Origin: a virus
DNA: 64,000 nucleotides
IMG/VR virus record: IMGVR_UViG_3300035158_000183
Span: 64,001 to 128,000 of that record
Strand: one strand, 5' to 3'
How positions within the stretch are numbered: position 1 is the first letter of the stretch; the number at the start of each line of letters is the position of its first letter. Shown here in pieces: positions 18,963-33,105 of the stretch. The notes below the pieces were generated by a model that made no database searches, had not been told where the DNA came from, and saw only the letters and a list, made by a program, of their open reading frames with translations. A program made the translations under genes and the position numbers.

Positions 18963-19744
18963 TACAGCGACTCCCAATACCCCTGGATGCGGACATCCAC
19001 CGAGTTTCCTGAGTCGACATAATATTCAAAAATCTGGCTGTCATCGAGCGGCACCCTGAAAATTCCCTCACACTGCTCATATCCACGGTGTGAGTACGGA
19101 ATGCCGATGGTGCTGCCATTCATCCTCCAGTTCAATCTGCACACAGCACCAGCGTCAAAAACAGTGAACCGGATATACCCAAGTCGACTGGTCGGCGGAA
19201 TCGCGACACTACAATCAACGTCTGTATAACTTGTAGCAGTGCCGCCTTCCAGAACCAGGACATCGTTATCAAACATAACCAGCCGACGCCGGCCACATGT
19301 GCACCTGCGTATCTGTCTGAAGTTGGAACTAGCGTCGTTGTAAATCGACCCAACTCTACGTTTCTTTGTGTATCCGGACGGCAACGTGGGACTTGTTGAA
19401 CTCAACGAAAACAGTCCTGCAACAGTATCAGTCGTTGGATTATAAATTATCCACACATAGTACCATGTTGACGCAGCCTCGGAGCCCGTATCAAGCCCGT
19501 TCGCACCGCTTGCCGTAATATCTATAGTCAGCTCGGAATCGGAAATTATGTTGCCGTCGTCGTCGTCATTTCTACACGCCCCATCTGGAATCTTCAGCTC
19601 TTGCTCTGGGGTTCCGGTGAAAGCACTGTAACAGTTGAGCCTGTAGATGTACCTGGTCGGGAATGCCGCGCCCTGGAGGTCGGCAACAGGTATATACTTT
19701 TCGACCTCAGTGTCGGTATCATGTGTCATTACCTGCTCAACCAT
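18962..19744 (-). CDS. Tail fibre-associated protein
   Basis: 260 aa. GANGLDTGSEAASTWYYVWII...AGLFSLSSTSPTLPSGYTKKRRVGSI is a module common in phage tail-fibre proteins. Confidence 0.65.
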   Translation of the reverse strand: MVEQVMTHDTDTEVEKYIPVADLQGAAFPTRYIYRLNCYSAFTGTPEQELKIPDGACRNDDDDGNIISDSELTIDITASGANGLDTGSEAASTWYYVWIIYNPTTDTVAGLFSLSSTSPTLPSGYTKKRRVGSIYNDASSNFRQIRRCTCGRRRLVMFDNDVLVLEGGTATSYTDVDCSVAIPPTSRLGYIRFTVFDAGAVCRLNWRMNGSTIGIPYSHRGYEQCEGIFRVPLDDSQIFEYYVDSGNSVDVRIQGYWESL

Positions 19745-19745
19745 T

Positions 19746-23282
<3,537 letters not shown>

Positions 23283-23296
23283 TCACAACCTCACAA

Positions 23297-23641
23297 TTAT
23301 ACGTCGTCGCCAATACCTGGAAGCTCCGACATGTTAAAACGCACAACTTGGTCATTACCTAATGTCTTGGTTGCCCAGGTCATATTATATGGAGCACCTG
23401 TCTGGTCATAATCATCATAATCTCCGACAAGCTCTATATTGCTGACCTGTCGGCTGCCTGCCAGCGAGGCGTGCGAGCCAAGGATGGTAGTTACTAGCCT
23501 TTGTGGCCCAATCCTCATCTGCAGACCAGAGTCGTCATTAACATTTGGCTCCTGGTAAATTGGCGGCAATATATCGACGGTAATCTTGTCAACACGGAGC
23601 GTTTCATTCGATCCGTTGTAGTATATTCTGGTAAGTTCCAT
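23297..23641 (-). CDS. Hypothetical protein
   Basis: 114 aa with a GGAGG RBS upstream. Confidence 0.6.
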   Translation of the reverse strand: MELTRIYYNGSNETLRVDKITVDILPPIYQEPNVNDDSGLQMRIGPQRLVTTILGSHASLAGSRQVSNIELVGDYDDYDQTGAPYNMTWATKTLGNDQVVRFNMSELPGIGDDV

Positions 23642-23654
23642 CTCTATAGGCCTC

Positions 23655-23711
23655 CTAACCGTTAGTGTTTACTGTCCAAACCTCTGAGGGTAATGTTCCT
23701 GGTGACACCAT
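23655..23711 (-). CDS. Putative 18-aa small ORF (MVSPGTLPSEVWTVNTNG)
   Basis: The minus strand reads TAGGAGG-TATTG-ATG...GGT-TAG-GAGG. The ORF fills the intergenic gap, has its own consensus RBS, and its stop overlaps the next RBS. Confidence 0.5.
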   Translation of the reverse strand: MVSPGTLPSEVWTVNTNG

Positions 23712-23720
23712 CAATACCTC

Positions 23721-24278
23721 CTAGGATGTGGCCGAATAAGCCATCACAAGTGTTACGGCCCTATAGCCAGCACCAGCAGGTACCGAAGCTGGCACATTCC
23801 ACTTGACCTGAACGTGCGCTTCACCAGCCAGGGGCACTACACCATCACCTGCTGGCGTACCCACGCTGATACTGTCCTCGTCCAGTATGAGTTGGTTGTT
23901 AATGTCTCCGTAGCCATTCTTGAAGACTTGCCATGTGTCAGGCGGCGCATCACTGTATGGCGGGTTGGAATCCCAGAATGGTCTCCCCTCGGTCCACCCT
24001 CCAGGAATTACCTGATTAATCATAAATCCGCCAGTGGCAGCATCTCCCCAACTCATCACTTCTGTAAAGTCATCATCTGCGTTATCGCCAAGATAGCTGG
24101 AACCCACGTAGCGCTGCAGATAGAAAGCGCAATCTGTGATCGGGTTCACCTGAGCATCGTGACGAATGAACAGATCCTGGATATCCGAGTCATTTCCTGG
24201 AGTTACAATACCCTGATCAACCGTATCAGCTAGGGAATCTCCACCCGAAGTATCCGAAATTGTAATGTTAACAGTCAT
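23721..24278 (-). CDS. Hypothetical structural protein (beta-sandwich)
   Basis: 185 aa, acidic and beta-rich, AGGAG RBS. Confidence 0.6.
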   Translation of the reverse strand: MTVNITISDTSGGDSLADTVDQGIVTPGNDSDIQDLFIRHDAQVNPITDCAFYLQRYVGSSYLGDNADDDFTEVMSWGDAATGGFMINQVIPGGWTEGRPFWDSNPPYSDAPPDTWQVFKNGYGDINNQLILDEDSISVGTPAGDGVVPLAGEAHVQVKWNVPASVPAGAGYRAVTLVMAYSATS

Positions 24279-24289
24279 TTATGCTCTCC

Positions 24290-24661
24290 TTAAATCTTGA
24301 TCTGGAACCCAATGACGTTGCCACCTGTAGGGCTAGGACGTCTATGTGGCTCAGCCAGCCCGCCCTCTAAACTGTCGACACTACTGTAACTATACCACCA
24401 TGAGTCGTATTTGTCATCGCATGTGACCTTGACGGAATAGTTGGTGTCTTGCTCGAGGCCATCAATGATGTACTCGTTATAGGCACGCTGGGCATAAGGC
24501 GCCGAAGGATTGACTTGTAACCCTCGGAGCAGGTCCAAAATGTCGTCTGTGAGACGCATGGCATTATGGCGTATCCACGGCCCTTCAGGCTTCAGTGCAT
24601 ACCATACCGCATAGGTGAACTCAGCACCCATCTTATCCCATTTGACTAATAAATCACTCAT
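24290..24661 (-). CDS. Small fibronectin type III-like protein
   Basis: LLVKWD...YAVWY...YIIDGLEQDTNYSVKV matches the FN3 pattern (W; Y; GL-x-x-x-T-x-Y-x-V). Confidence 0.6.
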   Translation of the reverse strand: MSDLLVKWDKMGAEFTYAVWYALKPEGPWIRHNAMRLTDDILDLLRGLQVNPSAPYAQRAYNEYIIDGLEQDTNYSVKVTCDDKYDSWWYSYSSVDSLEGGLAEPHRRPSPTGGNVIGFQIKI

Positions 24662-24663
24662 AG

Positions 24664-26904
24664 CTACTCAGTATCCGGACCGACATACCTAAGGTTCGGC
24701 TGATATCCGTAATATCGTATCAATGGTTGAACTCCTAGAGGCACGCTCTGCGCTACTATCTCCTGCACCTGCTGTTCTGTGAACCTCTGTAGTATATTTA
24801 CAGGCAACTTGACGACTACCACCGAGTCACCTGGATACGGTTGCCCGTCGAAGCGCCCAAACCCCGAGAACCATTGAACTTGTGGATTCAGAAGTTTGGC
24901 ATCCTCATACTTCTCTGGGTCCACTCCGCCACCGGCCTCCCTCACATCTATCATCACAGCATCCTTGTAGCTATGCGGTGGGTTGAGAGACATCTCGGCC
25001 AGTACAAAGTATCTGGAGTAAACCGAGGGGAAGAAGTCTGTTATCGCTGGAGCGTTAGCGTCCTCCTCTTCCCTATCACGACCAGTTAGGGTGGTACGCT
25101 CGTCCAGGAAATTAACCAGCTCTATGGTGGTGCCGCTGGCCAGAAAAATACCGCCAGCATCGTAAGCTACCTCTGAAGCGTCTGAAGACAGCGCTAGAGT
25201 AGTATCAGTGCGGCTGGTGAACTTCGCATACCGCATAGCAGTACCGTCATAAAATCTAATCCAACCACTCCTCGGAAATGCCGCCGCTGTCACCACATGC
25301 AAGCTTTTGCTATCTATAATCTCCTGTGTGCCACCAGTAGTGGTCGTCTGCGCGCTCCAGCTATAGTGCATACCAAGTGCACCGGTTAGGGCATAGCCAT
25401 CTGCTGTATCCAGCTCCACATCCACAGCTATATTCTCGTTACCCTCAGACCCGTCCTGGCTAGCGCCAGTGATAACTCCAGATGGTGTTACCCTCACCCA
25501 CTGGATGGCTGCAGTCTGTAAGCCTAAGTTGCCATTAGGAGTAGACTCCGGCACTAGATATATAGCCCTGACCTCATTCTGGGCAGTGGCATCGAAAGTA
25601 GGATTCATATTAAGGCCGGTCACCTGGTAATATATCTCCCGGTATGTATAGGTGGCAAAGATTTCGTGGTCGTCTGACAGGTCGAAGCTTACATGTGCCA
25701 TTCCGCTTCTGCGGTCAAGACCTAATAGTAGTGAGGAGTTCCATATAATGGGATCGTTGTTGCTGTCCAGTACAAGCTGATTCTCATAATCTCTATAGTC
25801 AGCACCATCAAGATTAGGGTCGTCAGTGATGGCATATTCCACTATCCCGTCTCTCTTAATCAGCATATAGAAGTATGAGTACAATGCTCCGCTCTGCAGC
25901 TCCTCATGGGCCAGCTTGATAAGGTGCTTGTCAATCTTGATAGCCGGTGCCTCTGGAGACAGCTTATATGGACTCATAGGGTTGAAGGCCTGGTTCTCAA
26001 ACTCCGGAATGTCATAAGATATAGCCTGGGCCCCGTAGCCTGTCTGGAACGAGCCATTCACCACTCGTGGGAACCATGGATCGATGTCGCTCTTGGCCGT
26101 AGGATTCTTAACACTAATTCGCTTCGTCTCCTCGTACCTTACCGCAAATATACTGCTCTGCGGCAGGGTGATGGTCAGACTGCTAGGCTCCCACAGATAG
26201 ACCCTGGCCCATGGTTTCAGACTCAGAGTCACGGACCAGATATCATCCCATGTGGCCTCCGTATACGCCAACTCATTACTCAATAACTCTGTATACACGT
26301 GCTCGACCCCGCTGACCACCTCGGTGTACTGGACAAAATATACTATATATTCACCCATATCATGATCGTAGGAGCTTTCAAGACTGTTGTAGAGCGAGTA
26401 TTGTGTATACTCTGGTGGGTCTACTGGATTACCTGTCGTCTCATCATACACTTGCTCCAGCACCAATTTGTACTTATCTGAGCTTACCAGGTTAAGATCT
26501 TGGTCATAAAGCCGTATAGACTCTGGTACTATATCTAGTGATAAGTTGTGGCGAAAGTAGAGAGGTATCGGTCCCGACTCAGCCTCATTGAACTCCTGGG
26601 TGACTAGAAAGTTCTGGTTCCGGACCGACATCGGCTGGTGCGAGCTGATTAACTCCTGCACCCGACCAATCCTGGAGTTGGCGTACAGCGTGTCGCTCCG
26701 GTCGCCAATAAAGAGGTTGTTATCAGCAGACAGCTCCTTGGTTCCCACATAGGCCAGCTTCACTGCGTCTGCAGGTGGGCTCTCCAAGTAGAGTATATTC
26801 TCGATACGCTTCTTGACATTTTGGCGGGTCCTGGACTGGAATGACAGCCCGTCTATGCCTGTCACACGTATCTGAAAACTCTGCTCGCTGCTTCCTATCG
26901 TCAT
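24664..26904 (-). CDS. Baseplate/tail structural protein
   Basis: 746 aa. C-terminal IDVREAGGG...FDGQPYPGDSVVVVKLP...VPLGVQPLIRY of baseplate-wedge character, within the baseplate cluster. Confidence 0.55.
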   Translation of the reverse strand: MTIGSSEQSFQIRVTGIDGLSFQSRTRQNVKKRIENILYLESPPADAVKLAYVGTKELSADNNLFIGDRSDTLYANSRIGRVQELISSHQPMSVRNQNFLVTQEFNEAESGPIPLYFRHNLSLDIVPESIRLYDQDLNLVSSDKYKLVLEQVYDETTGNPVDPPEYTQYSLYNSLESSYDHDMGEYIVYFVQYTEVVSGVEHVYTELLSNELAYTEATWDDIWSVTLSLKPWARVYLWEPSSLTITLPQSSIFAVRYEETKRISVKNPTAKSDIDPWFPRVVNGSFQTGYGAQAISYDIPEFENQAFNPMSPYKLSPEAPAIKIDKHLIKLAHEELQSGALYSYFYMLIKRDGIVEYAITDDPNLDGADYRDYENQLVLDSNNDPIIWNSSLLLGLDRRSGMAHVSFDLSDDHEIFATYTYREIYYQVTGLNMNPTFDATAQNEVRAIYLVPESTPNGNLGLQTAAIQWVRVTPSGVITGASQDGSEGNENIAVDVELDTADGYALTGALGMHYSWSAQTTTTGGTQEIIDSKSLHVVTAAAFPRSGWIRFYDGTAMRYAKFTSRTDTTLALSSDASEVAYDAGGIFLASGTTIELVNFLDERTTLTGRDREEEDANAPAITDFFPSVYSRYFVLAEMSLNPPHSYKDAVMIDVREAGGGVDPEKYEDAKLLNPQVQWFSGFGRFDGQPYPGDSVVVVKLPVNILQRFTEQQVQEIVAQSVPLGVQPLIRYYGYQPNLRYVGPDTE

Positions 26905-26916
26905 GTGGTTACCCTA

Positions 26917-29868
26917 TTAGTACTGCTTCTTCAGTTCTCTGATTTCATTACGCAGCTGCTTGATTTCATTTACAGCTGCTGCCAATATGCTATCTGGGTT
27001 GATTGACTCTGGCTCGCCGTCTGAGTTGTTCACAACAAGTTCGGGGCAAATCTCGGCTAAATCTTCTGCAATGAACCCAAACTGTGCTGCATCTGGCTGG
27101 CTCTTGAAGCTAAATGATACCGGCTTCAGATCATATAGCCATGAGCTATCTTGCATAGCTTGTATGTTATTTTTATATCTGCGTGACGACGACCATGGTT
27201 TTAACTGGCCGAAACCATCTATTGCAATTCGAGTACCCGAGCCGGGCGTCGTAGCAAGTATGGCACCAGAATATACCGCATTGCCATTTAGTCGTATCGA
27301 TGCGCTAGTGCCTTCGATAGTGACCGTATTCTGCGCTATGATGCCAAGGATGCCAGTAGCAGGATCCATAGAGATTGCTGCCTGCTGGACATTAGATGCA
27401 TCATACGTTCGTATCAAGAGTCCGGTAGTATCACTCTTGTGATACATCTCAGTAAAACTAGTAGCAACATTCTTTCTTATACGTATAGTGTCATCGTCTG
27501 CAGCTGGCGCGGCCTCGTTCCCGTATGCTGTTAGGGTGATTTCTTTGCCTGCTGCAACATTAGTCGAGCTGGCCAGCGACCAGACAATTACGCTTCCAGC
27601 GGAAGTAATTGATGCTGAAGTAGTACCACTTAACCCAGCAGTACCACCACAGGCTAAAGTGATGTCATCCCCAAAGATAGCAGGTGTTTGTGGGCTGCCC
27701 CCTGAATACGTTACGAACTTATACCTAGAGTTGTCTGGTTCGTAATAGAGACCTGCTGGCTGGTCGTTACTCGGATTATCGAACCAGCCGGCTCCTCGAT
27801 CATGCAGAGAAGTGAATTTTCCATCTCCCTGCTCAGAGAAGAAGATGGCGTTACTGTAGACGTTGAAGAAGTCCGCACCTACTATACCAGGAGAAGTAAA
27901 GTACTTCTCAAACTCTGTGGAAACCGCCCCTAAGCCATTATTCGTTGCTGTCCAACAACGAGCACCGCCCCGGAACCTCCACTCTCTGAGCTGCTCTACA
28001 CTAAGTGAATTAGATAGGCTTGGAGTAATGCTGTGCGGAGTACCCCAGGTAGACTGTCCAGTATTAGCAGGCTGGTTAGCCTTGTCGGATCCGTCGCTGT
28101 CAGTAGATCTTATCCCAGCCAATAGCTTAATATAATTCAGCTCCATCTGGCGACCTAAGTCGAAACCTATATATGCACCAGTAAAGTCTAGGTATCCTTC
28201 ACCCTTACGAGTGCGTAGATACAGAGAAGGGGCTGTGTCATACGATGTGATTGCCAGAGCACCATATTCGTAATCACGTGGTTTGGGATTTGCGCCCAAG
28301 GCTCGGATGCCAAATCCAACTCTATGAGCTATGCCATCATCTTTAGAGTAAGTACCCGGATGAGACCAACTACTGATATCCTTCCCGCCTATCCACTGGA
28401 TAGAGGGATGATTGAAGTATACATGCGTGCCGGCTCCACCGAATCGTATGGCTGGTGTGGTAGTAGCCAGTCCTGTTACCGAGGAAGCATAAGAGGAGCC
28501 GCTGCCAAGCTCAAATGTAGTAGAGCGTGTGAACACAAGGTCGCCACGCATGGCATTCCCACTATTACCATTTACATCATCAGCCATATAACCAGCACGA
28601 TGTAGATACTGTGGATGCGGATTGGTGGGATAGTCAGAAGCTCTGAAATAATATCTCTCTGGGTCAGCGATAGCCGATGGGATATCCCCAGTAAACAGAT
28701 TGGTCAGGTGGTCGTGTGACAGAGGCATACTGTAGTGCATTGTGTCAACGTGCTGACCCTGGTGCAGGCCAGTGCGCCGACTTTCCCTAACTACTGTAGC
28801 CAGGTAGTTCACAGTCTCTGCCATACTTGACCCAGTTAGAATCAGCCTTGCGGTATCGCCTTCTGTCAACCAGCCCGCTGACGTTACTGCCTTCACGCTA
28901 TACTCATCGATGTAATAGAAGGTTACTGAAGGGAGCATCCGACCAGCGTTGTTGTCCCACAAATGCATGAAACCTTCTGGGATCTCGTCGTCTGCTGCTA
29001 GAACAGAAGTAAGAGCATAAGGTAGCCGGTATTTTGCTCCCTCGCCGAAGGTTGTCGCGTAGATCTGCACTCGCGTTGTTTCATACTCTTCGGGCGCACC
29101 ATACATTGATGACCCCGAAGATCTACGTGGGGCTGCAGACACCTCTGGCAAGGTAATTGTATATGTAGAAAGCCCTCCGGATGGCGAGCCTACTTCTTTA
29201 ATATTACAAAGTGCTACTGTCTCCTGCCATGTGGGGATCACATTATGGGTTGACCAGGGTGCTCCTGGCCCCATCACATGAGCATTGGCAATCTCTAGCT
29301 CAATTACAGCAGTGGGCCGACTGTAGGACGTGATAACACCCTTGTAATAATCTACATGGAAATCGCCATGCACCTCCAGGTCTTCTATATCACCCTTTGG
29401 AGTCCCCGCCAATACACCGCTAGCGTCGCTTACTACAGTAATATCAGTGCCCCAGGTCAGAGTAACCACTTTGCCGGTACCGCTGTCAGATGGCGCCAGA
29501 TCAGATGAGAGTTTGACCAGTGGCATGCCCAGGCACCAACTATTCTGGTAGTTATTCAGCCGTACCTCGAAACCAGTAGTCTGCGGTTCCTGAAACGAAG
29601 CTCCTCTGGGGGATACATAATCAGACGGCCCCATAAACCTAGCCAAGCTAGCTTGTGCTAGCCGCTCAGGGCTCAGATTATAGGCTGTATCTGACGGGCC
29701 ACCCGTATGTACTTGGTACTCCCACGGGTCGCCAATAGCTTTTGTGACCCTGGAGAAGGCCGTATCAGCCTGCTTGACGCCACCCGTCATCTTGGTGCCG
29801 GTTGGCTGCTCACCCTTCACATAGTCAAAATTGACAGGGAAGACATCTTGCATCTGGTCTCTCGACAT
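26917..29868 (-). CDS. Tail fibre/spike with C-terminal intramolecular chaperone (peptidase S74)
   Basis: C-terminal SSRRYKNNIQ...LKPVSFSFK...FGFIAEDLAEICPELV followed by a coiled coil (about 26920-27192). Internal HDHL and NPHPQYL fibre motifs. Confidence 0.85.
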   Translation of the reverse strand: MSRDQMQDVFPVNFDYVKGEQPTGTKMTGGVKQADTAFSRVTKAIGDPWEYQVHTGGPSDTAYNLSPERLAQASLARFMGPSDYVSPRGASFQEPQTTGFEVRLNNYQNSWCLGMPLVKLSSDLAPSDSGTGKVVTLTWGTDITVVSDASGVLAGTPKGDIEDLEVHGDFHVDYYKGVITSYSRPTAVIELEIANAHVMGPGAPWSTHNVIPTWQETVALCNIKEVGSPSGGLSTYTITLPEVSAAPRRSSGSSMYGAPEEYETTRVQIYATTFGEGAKYRLPYALTSVLAADDEIPEGFMHLWDNNAGRMLPSVTFYYIDEYSVKAVTSAGWLTEGDTARLILTGSSMAETVNYLATVVRESRRTGLHQGQHVDTMHYSMPLSHDHLTNLFTGDIPSAIADPERYYFRASDYPTNPHPQYLHRAGYMADDVNGNSGNAMRGDLVFTRSTTFELGSGSSYASSVTGLATTTPAIRFGGAGTHVYFNHPSIQWIGGKDISSWSHPGTYSKDDGIAHRVGFGIRALGANPKPRDYEYGALAITSYDTAPSLYLRTRKGEGYLDFTGAYIGFDLGRQMELNYIKLLAGIRSTDSDGSDKANQPANTGQSTWGTPHSITPSLSNSLSVEQLREWRFRGGARCWTATNNGLGAVSTEFEKYFTSPGIVGADFFNVYSNAIFFSEQGDGKFTSLHDRGAGWFDNPSNDQPAGLYYEPDNSRYKFVTYSGGSPQTPAIFGDDITLACGGTAGLSGTTSASITSAGSVIVWSLASSTNVAAGKEITLTAYGNEAAPAADDDTIRIRKNVATSFTEMYHKSDTTGLLIRTYDASNVQQAAISMDPATGILGIIAQNTVTIEGTSASIRLNGNAVYSGAILATTPGSGTRIAIDGFGQLKPWSSSRRYKNNIQAMQDSSWLYDLKPVSFSFKSQPDAAQFGFIAEDLAEICPELVVNNSDGEPESINPDSILAAAVNEIKQLRNEIRELKKQY

Positions 29869-29880
29869 AATGACTCCTCA

Positions 29881-32157
29881 CTAAATATTTATCTGGAACC
29901 CTATACTCTTGAATGGAGCAGAGGCCCAGTCTGGGCTTGTGGTACCTTGCACCAGGTCAATGATTCTGTATGGACCGGAGTGCGGGTTAATTGTGATAAA
30001 GGTCATGCCATCAAGCCCTGCGGCAACATTGTCAGTATCGGTTGGCAGCTTCCACCCGAATGGTATTTCCTGCATAAGTGAATTTATATACACTCCAAGC
30101 AGGTAATCCGGCAATGTTATCCGAGCAACAATCTCATTACTATAGATTATACGATTATAGTGGGCACTCCAGCAATGTGCGCGGAAGGTTATTAGCCTCG
30201 TCGAGGCCAGCCAGTACCCACCCAGGTTGTTATTCGCGTCATCTGGATCACAATCTGGGACTGCATCCTCTGGGTATAGTGCTCTCCAGAGTCCATTATA
30301 GGGGTCGCCTGCACTGTCAATCTTCTCAACCAGTGTTGGTCGCACCGGCATCACAGCTCCCGGAAGACCCGTAACAGGGTTGATGGCGTAGGGATCTAGA
30401 TTATCCGTAGTCGGGTCTATCTTGTAAACTACTACCTTCCGACCTGCAATAGTGCCATCAGCCTGTACTCCAGCCCACTCCTTAAGGTCGTATTCAGCAA
30501 TTAACTCTTCCTTCCATCGGGCATAGGATGTAGCGTCTACTACCCATGCCGGATAGTCGAGGTTCTGGTATATCCAGTTATCCAGAGTGCTGTAGCCTAG
30601 CAGTACATCATTCTTCAGTACCTGGTAGAGGTATATCTCATCCTCTCGGCCCTCTAAGCCTGTCTCGCCCATAGTGATAATCAAATCCTTATGATTTGGG
30701 TAGTATGGGTTAGTGCTGCTCCTAATGGTAGTAGTGTAGAATCCCAGCTCATTGGCTGATACAGGTGGCTGGTATGGTGCATAGGCCTCGCCGCGAGTGT
30801 TGGTAGCACCTGTAGTTGTTGCCGCTCCGGCTAGGTATCCAATACTAGAAGGGCTCATTGTAAATCCGACCTCTGTATGTGGTACTGGCAAGCCAGAAGG
30901 ACTAGTGACAGTAGCCTTAAGAATGCCATGATCAGAGCCGGTCAGAATAGGACCATACTCACGAGGACTATGGGTAAACGGTATAGCTGCCTTGTTGATT
31001 TCCAGGCGGATATACGCTGGTTCAATTATATCGTGGGTCAGGCAAACAAAGCCCTGGTTAAGCTGCTGGGCCACCGGACTGACGTCAGCTGACCACGCCT
31101 CTACCTCTGTCGACCGGTCAACCTCCTCGTACTCGATTCGCAGTGTGGTTGTATAGGCCGCTACTAGGGTGCTGCCAAGCGGCGGGATGCCTCCCTGCAC
31201 CCCGGAACCGGTATAAATGATACCCAGGTCCTTGTCCAGGAAATAGCGATTCTGGTTGGGGTAAGCTGCTGTCAGTAGCTCAAACCATGTGTCGACCCGC
31301 TCCCACTCTTCCCAAGTGTACCCACTAACCACATATAGATGGAATGAATCGTCAGCCAGTACCGGAAAATGAGGTAGACGGAACACCTGGTAATTGGTTC
31401 CATTAGAGAGCCCAAGTATCTTACAGGCCGCAAGATCCTGGAAGGTCTGCGGGACCACACCGTAAGTTCGAGTATAGTCCTTATTGAACCGCAGAATTGT
31501 CTGGCCCTCCTTGGTGTGGTCGACAATAAACTCCTTCTTGTTGGTGTCCACATTGCTCCAATTCACCCTGCCTAATGCCGTGACTGTCTCCTGCTCTTCC
31601 TCATCCACGTAAATCCCTGAAAATGTATATGATTGCTGCGCCTTAACCATGTACGATGGCGTGCCAGTGGTAGGATGACGCTTGAACGTTGCTGCCAAGA
31701 TTGGGTCTGCCATCTCTGGCTCAGCTGCTAACTCTATGTAGTTACGGCCATCCTTGTTCTGAGCCGGATCTACATACTCCACACGGCTGTTATCTCCATA
31801 CAGGAAGAACGGTATCCGGTAACGCGCATAGTGGCCGTGGCGGATTATGGGTACCCAGTGCCGCTCGTGATTCTGGATTAGCTCATCTATCTCGTCCACC
31901 ATAAGACCGCCGCCGTCCACGTCTACTACACCAGACTTGAAATACTCTGAGTCTGATACGCCTTGCGAGGATGCGTCGGCCAGCCTCGGCATCGTCGGTA
32001 GCCTCAGGTCAAAGAAACTGCACCAGCGCTTGATATCATATCTCCAGCCGTCAGGCTCCAGGCTAGGGTGCTCGAAGCCCACATAAGGGTCCATGCTCTC
32101 GCGGTGGTATACGACCTGGCGAGTTCGGAAGTTGATATTTGGTCTGTTTACGGCCAT
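29881..32157 (-). CDS. Baseplate/tail structural protein with an Ig-like segment
   Basis: 758 aa. LGLSNGTNYQVFRLPHFPV and RYFLDKDLGIIYTGSGVQGGIPPLG are baseplate-wedge-type motifs. LKATVTSPSGLPVPHTEVGF...TNTRGEA is a Big-1-like Ig strand pattern. Confidence 0.6.
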   Translation of the reverse strand: MAVNRPNINFRTRQVVYHRESMDPYVGFEHPSLEPDGWRYDIKRWCSFFDLRLPTMPRLADASSQGVSDSEYFKSGVVDVDGGGLMVDEIDELIQNHERHWVPIIRHGHYARYRIPFFLYGDNSRVEYVDPAQNKDGRNYIELAAEPEMADPILAATFKRHPTTGTPSYMVKAQQSYTFSGIYVDEEEQETVTALGRVNWSNVDTNKKEFIVDHTKEGQTILRFNKDYTRTYGVVPQTFQDLAACKILGLSNGTNYQVFRLPHFPVLADDSFHLYVVSGYTWEEWERVDTWFELLTAAYPNQNRYFLDKDLGIIYTGSGVQGGIPPLGSTLVAAYTTTLRIEYEEVDRSTEVEAWSADVSPVAQQLNQGFVCLTHDIIEPAYIRLEINKAAIPFTHSPREYGPILTGSDHGILKATVTSPSGLPVPHTEVGFTMSPSSIGYLAGAATTTGATNTRGEAYAPYQPPVSANELGFYTTTIRSSTNPYYPNHKDLIITMGETGLEGREDEIYLYQVLKNDVLLGYSTLDNWIYQNLDYPAWVVDATSYARWKEELIAEYDLKEWAGVQADGTIAGRKVVVYKIDPTTDNLDPYAINPVTGLPGAVMPVRPTLVEKIDSAGDPYNGLWRALYPEDAVPDCDPDDANNNLGGYWLASTRLITFRAHCWSAHYNRIIYSNEIVARITLPDYLLGVYINSLMQEIPFGWKLPTDTDNVAAGLDGMTFITINPHSGPYRIIDLVQGTTSPDWASAPFKSIGFQINI

Positions 32158-33105
32158 TTACACACCCCAGAATACTTCTGTCTCTGTAAATAGTTGGTGA
32201 TATATTTCGGCGCCCTCGACATTTGGGAGAGCATTAACCTCTGCCCCAGAATCTAGTGTGGCCTTATGGAACAGCTCAGACTGAAAATCCTCGTCCTGGA
32301 AAGTGAATATCTGTACCGGCACAGCCTCTACCTCCAATGGGAAGATATTGGCATGGTATGAGCAGCTGCCCTCACCGTCAGGTAGGTCGTAGGCGTGCAC
32401 GCGTCCATTCACATAGTCCACTGAGAACTCTCCTGAGGCTGCTGGGTTGCCTGTAATTTCAGTATTGAATACAGTCTTCTCTGTGAAGGCTAGGCTACTA
32501 CGTGCAATGTATTCGTGGTCCAACTTCGATTGCCTATCTGCACGAATTGGGTCATCTCTGATGATAATTCCGGAAGTTATCCGCACCAGAGTGGAAGCAA
32601 TGAGGTTGGGCCGCGTGTCCTGTAGGATGGTAGCAGAGAAGCATTGAGACTGGTTTATGGCTGCCACTAAATCATCCAGGTAGTATCCCTCGTCACCCAA
32701 CTGGTAGGTGCGAATCTCCTTGTCGATCACTTCCGTACCGTCCGGCCGCCAGTCGCTATAGAGAATAACCCTGTTAGCTCGCATCTCGAATCTAGGGCTC
32801 ACTGCGATAGGGCCGCCGGCACTATCGAGTTTAAGATCTATCTCCATTGCTGGCTGTCTGAGATATCCTAAATCCCTGGCTATACTACTTGCCACACCTT
32901 GGTACAGTGGACTACCTGGATGCACTGAAACATCCCACAAGCGTTTCCGATACTCGGCATTGCTTTCTCCCTCGAGCCTCTTCAGGGTAAGGGTCACACC
33001 CGAAAGGTCAAACTTGTTGACTACATTTCTAAGCTCTGGAGTGCCCACTATTTGTGTCGGCAAGCTAATATTAATAGAGAATCCTATGGTTTTACGGCCA
33101 GACAT
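32158..33105 (-). CDS. Baseplate wedge protein
   Basis: LKRLEGESNAEYRKRL motif typical of wedge (gp6/gp7-like) proteins, plus FSVDYVNGRV. Confidence 0.6.
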   Translation of the reverse strand: MSGRKTIGFSINISLPTQIVGTPELRNVVNKFDLSGVTLTLKRLEGESNAEYRKRLWDVSVHPGSPLYQGVASSIARDLGYLRQPAMEIDLKLDSAGGPIAVSPRFEMRANRVILYSDWRPDGTEVIDKEIRTYQLGDEGYYLDDLVAAINQSQCFSATILQDTRPNLIASTLVRITSGIIIRDDPIRADRQSKLDHEYIARSSLAFTEKTVFNTEITGNPAASGEFSVDYVNGRVHAYDLPDGEGSCSYHANIFPLEVEAVPVQIFTFQDEDFQSELFHKATLDSGAEVNALPNVEGAEIYHQLFTETEVFWGV

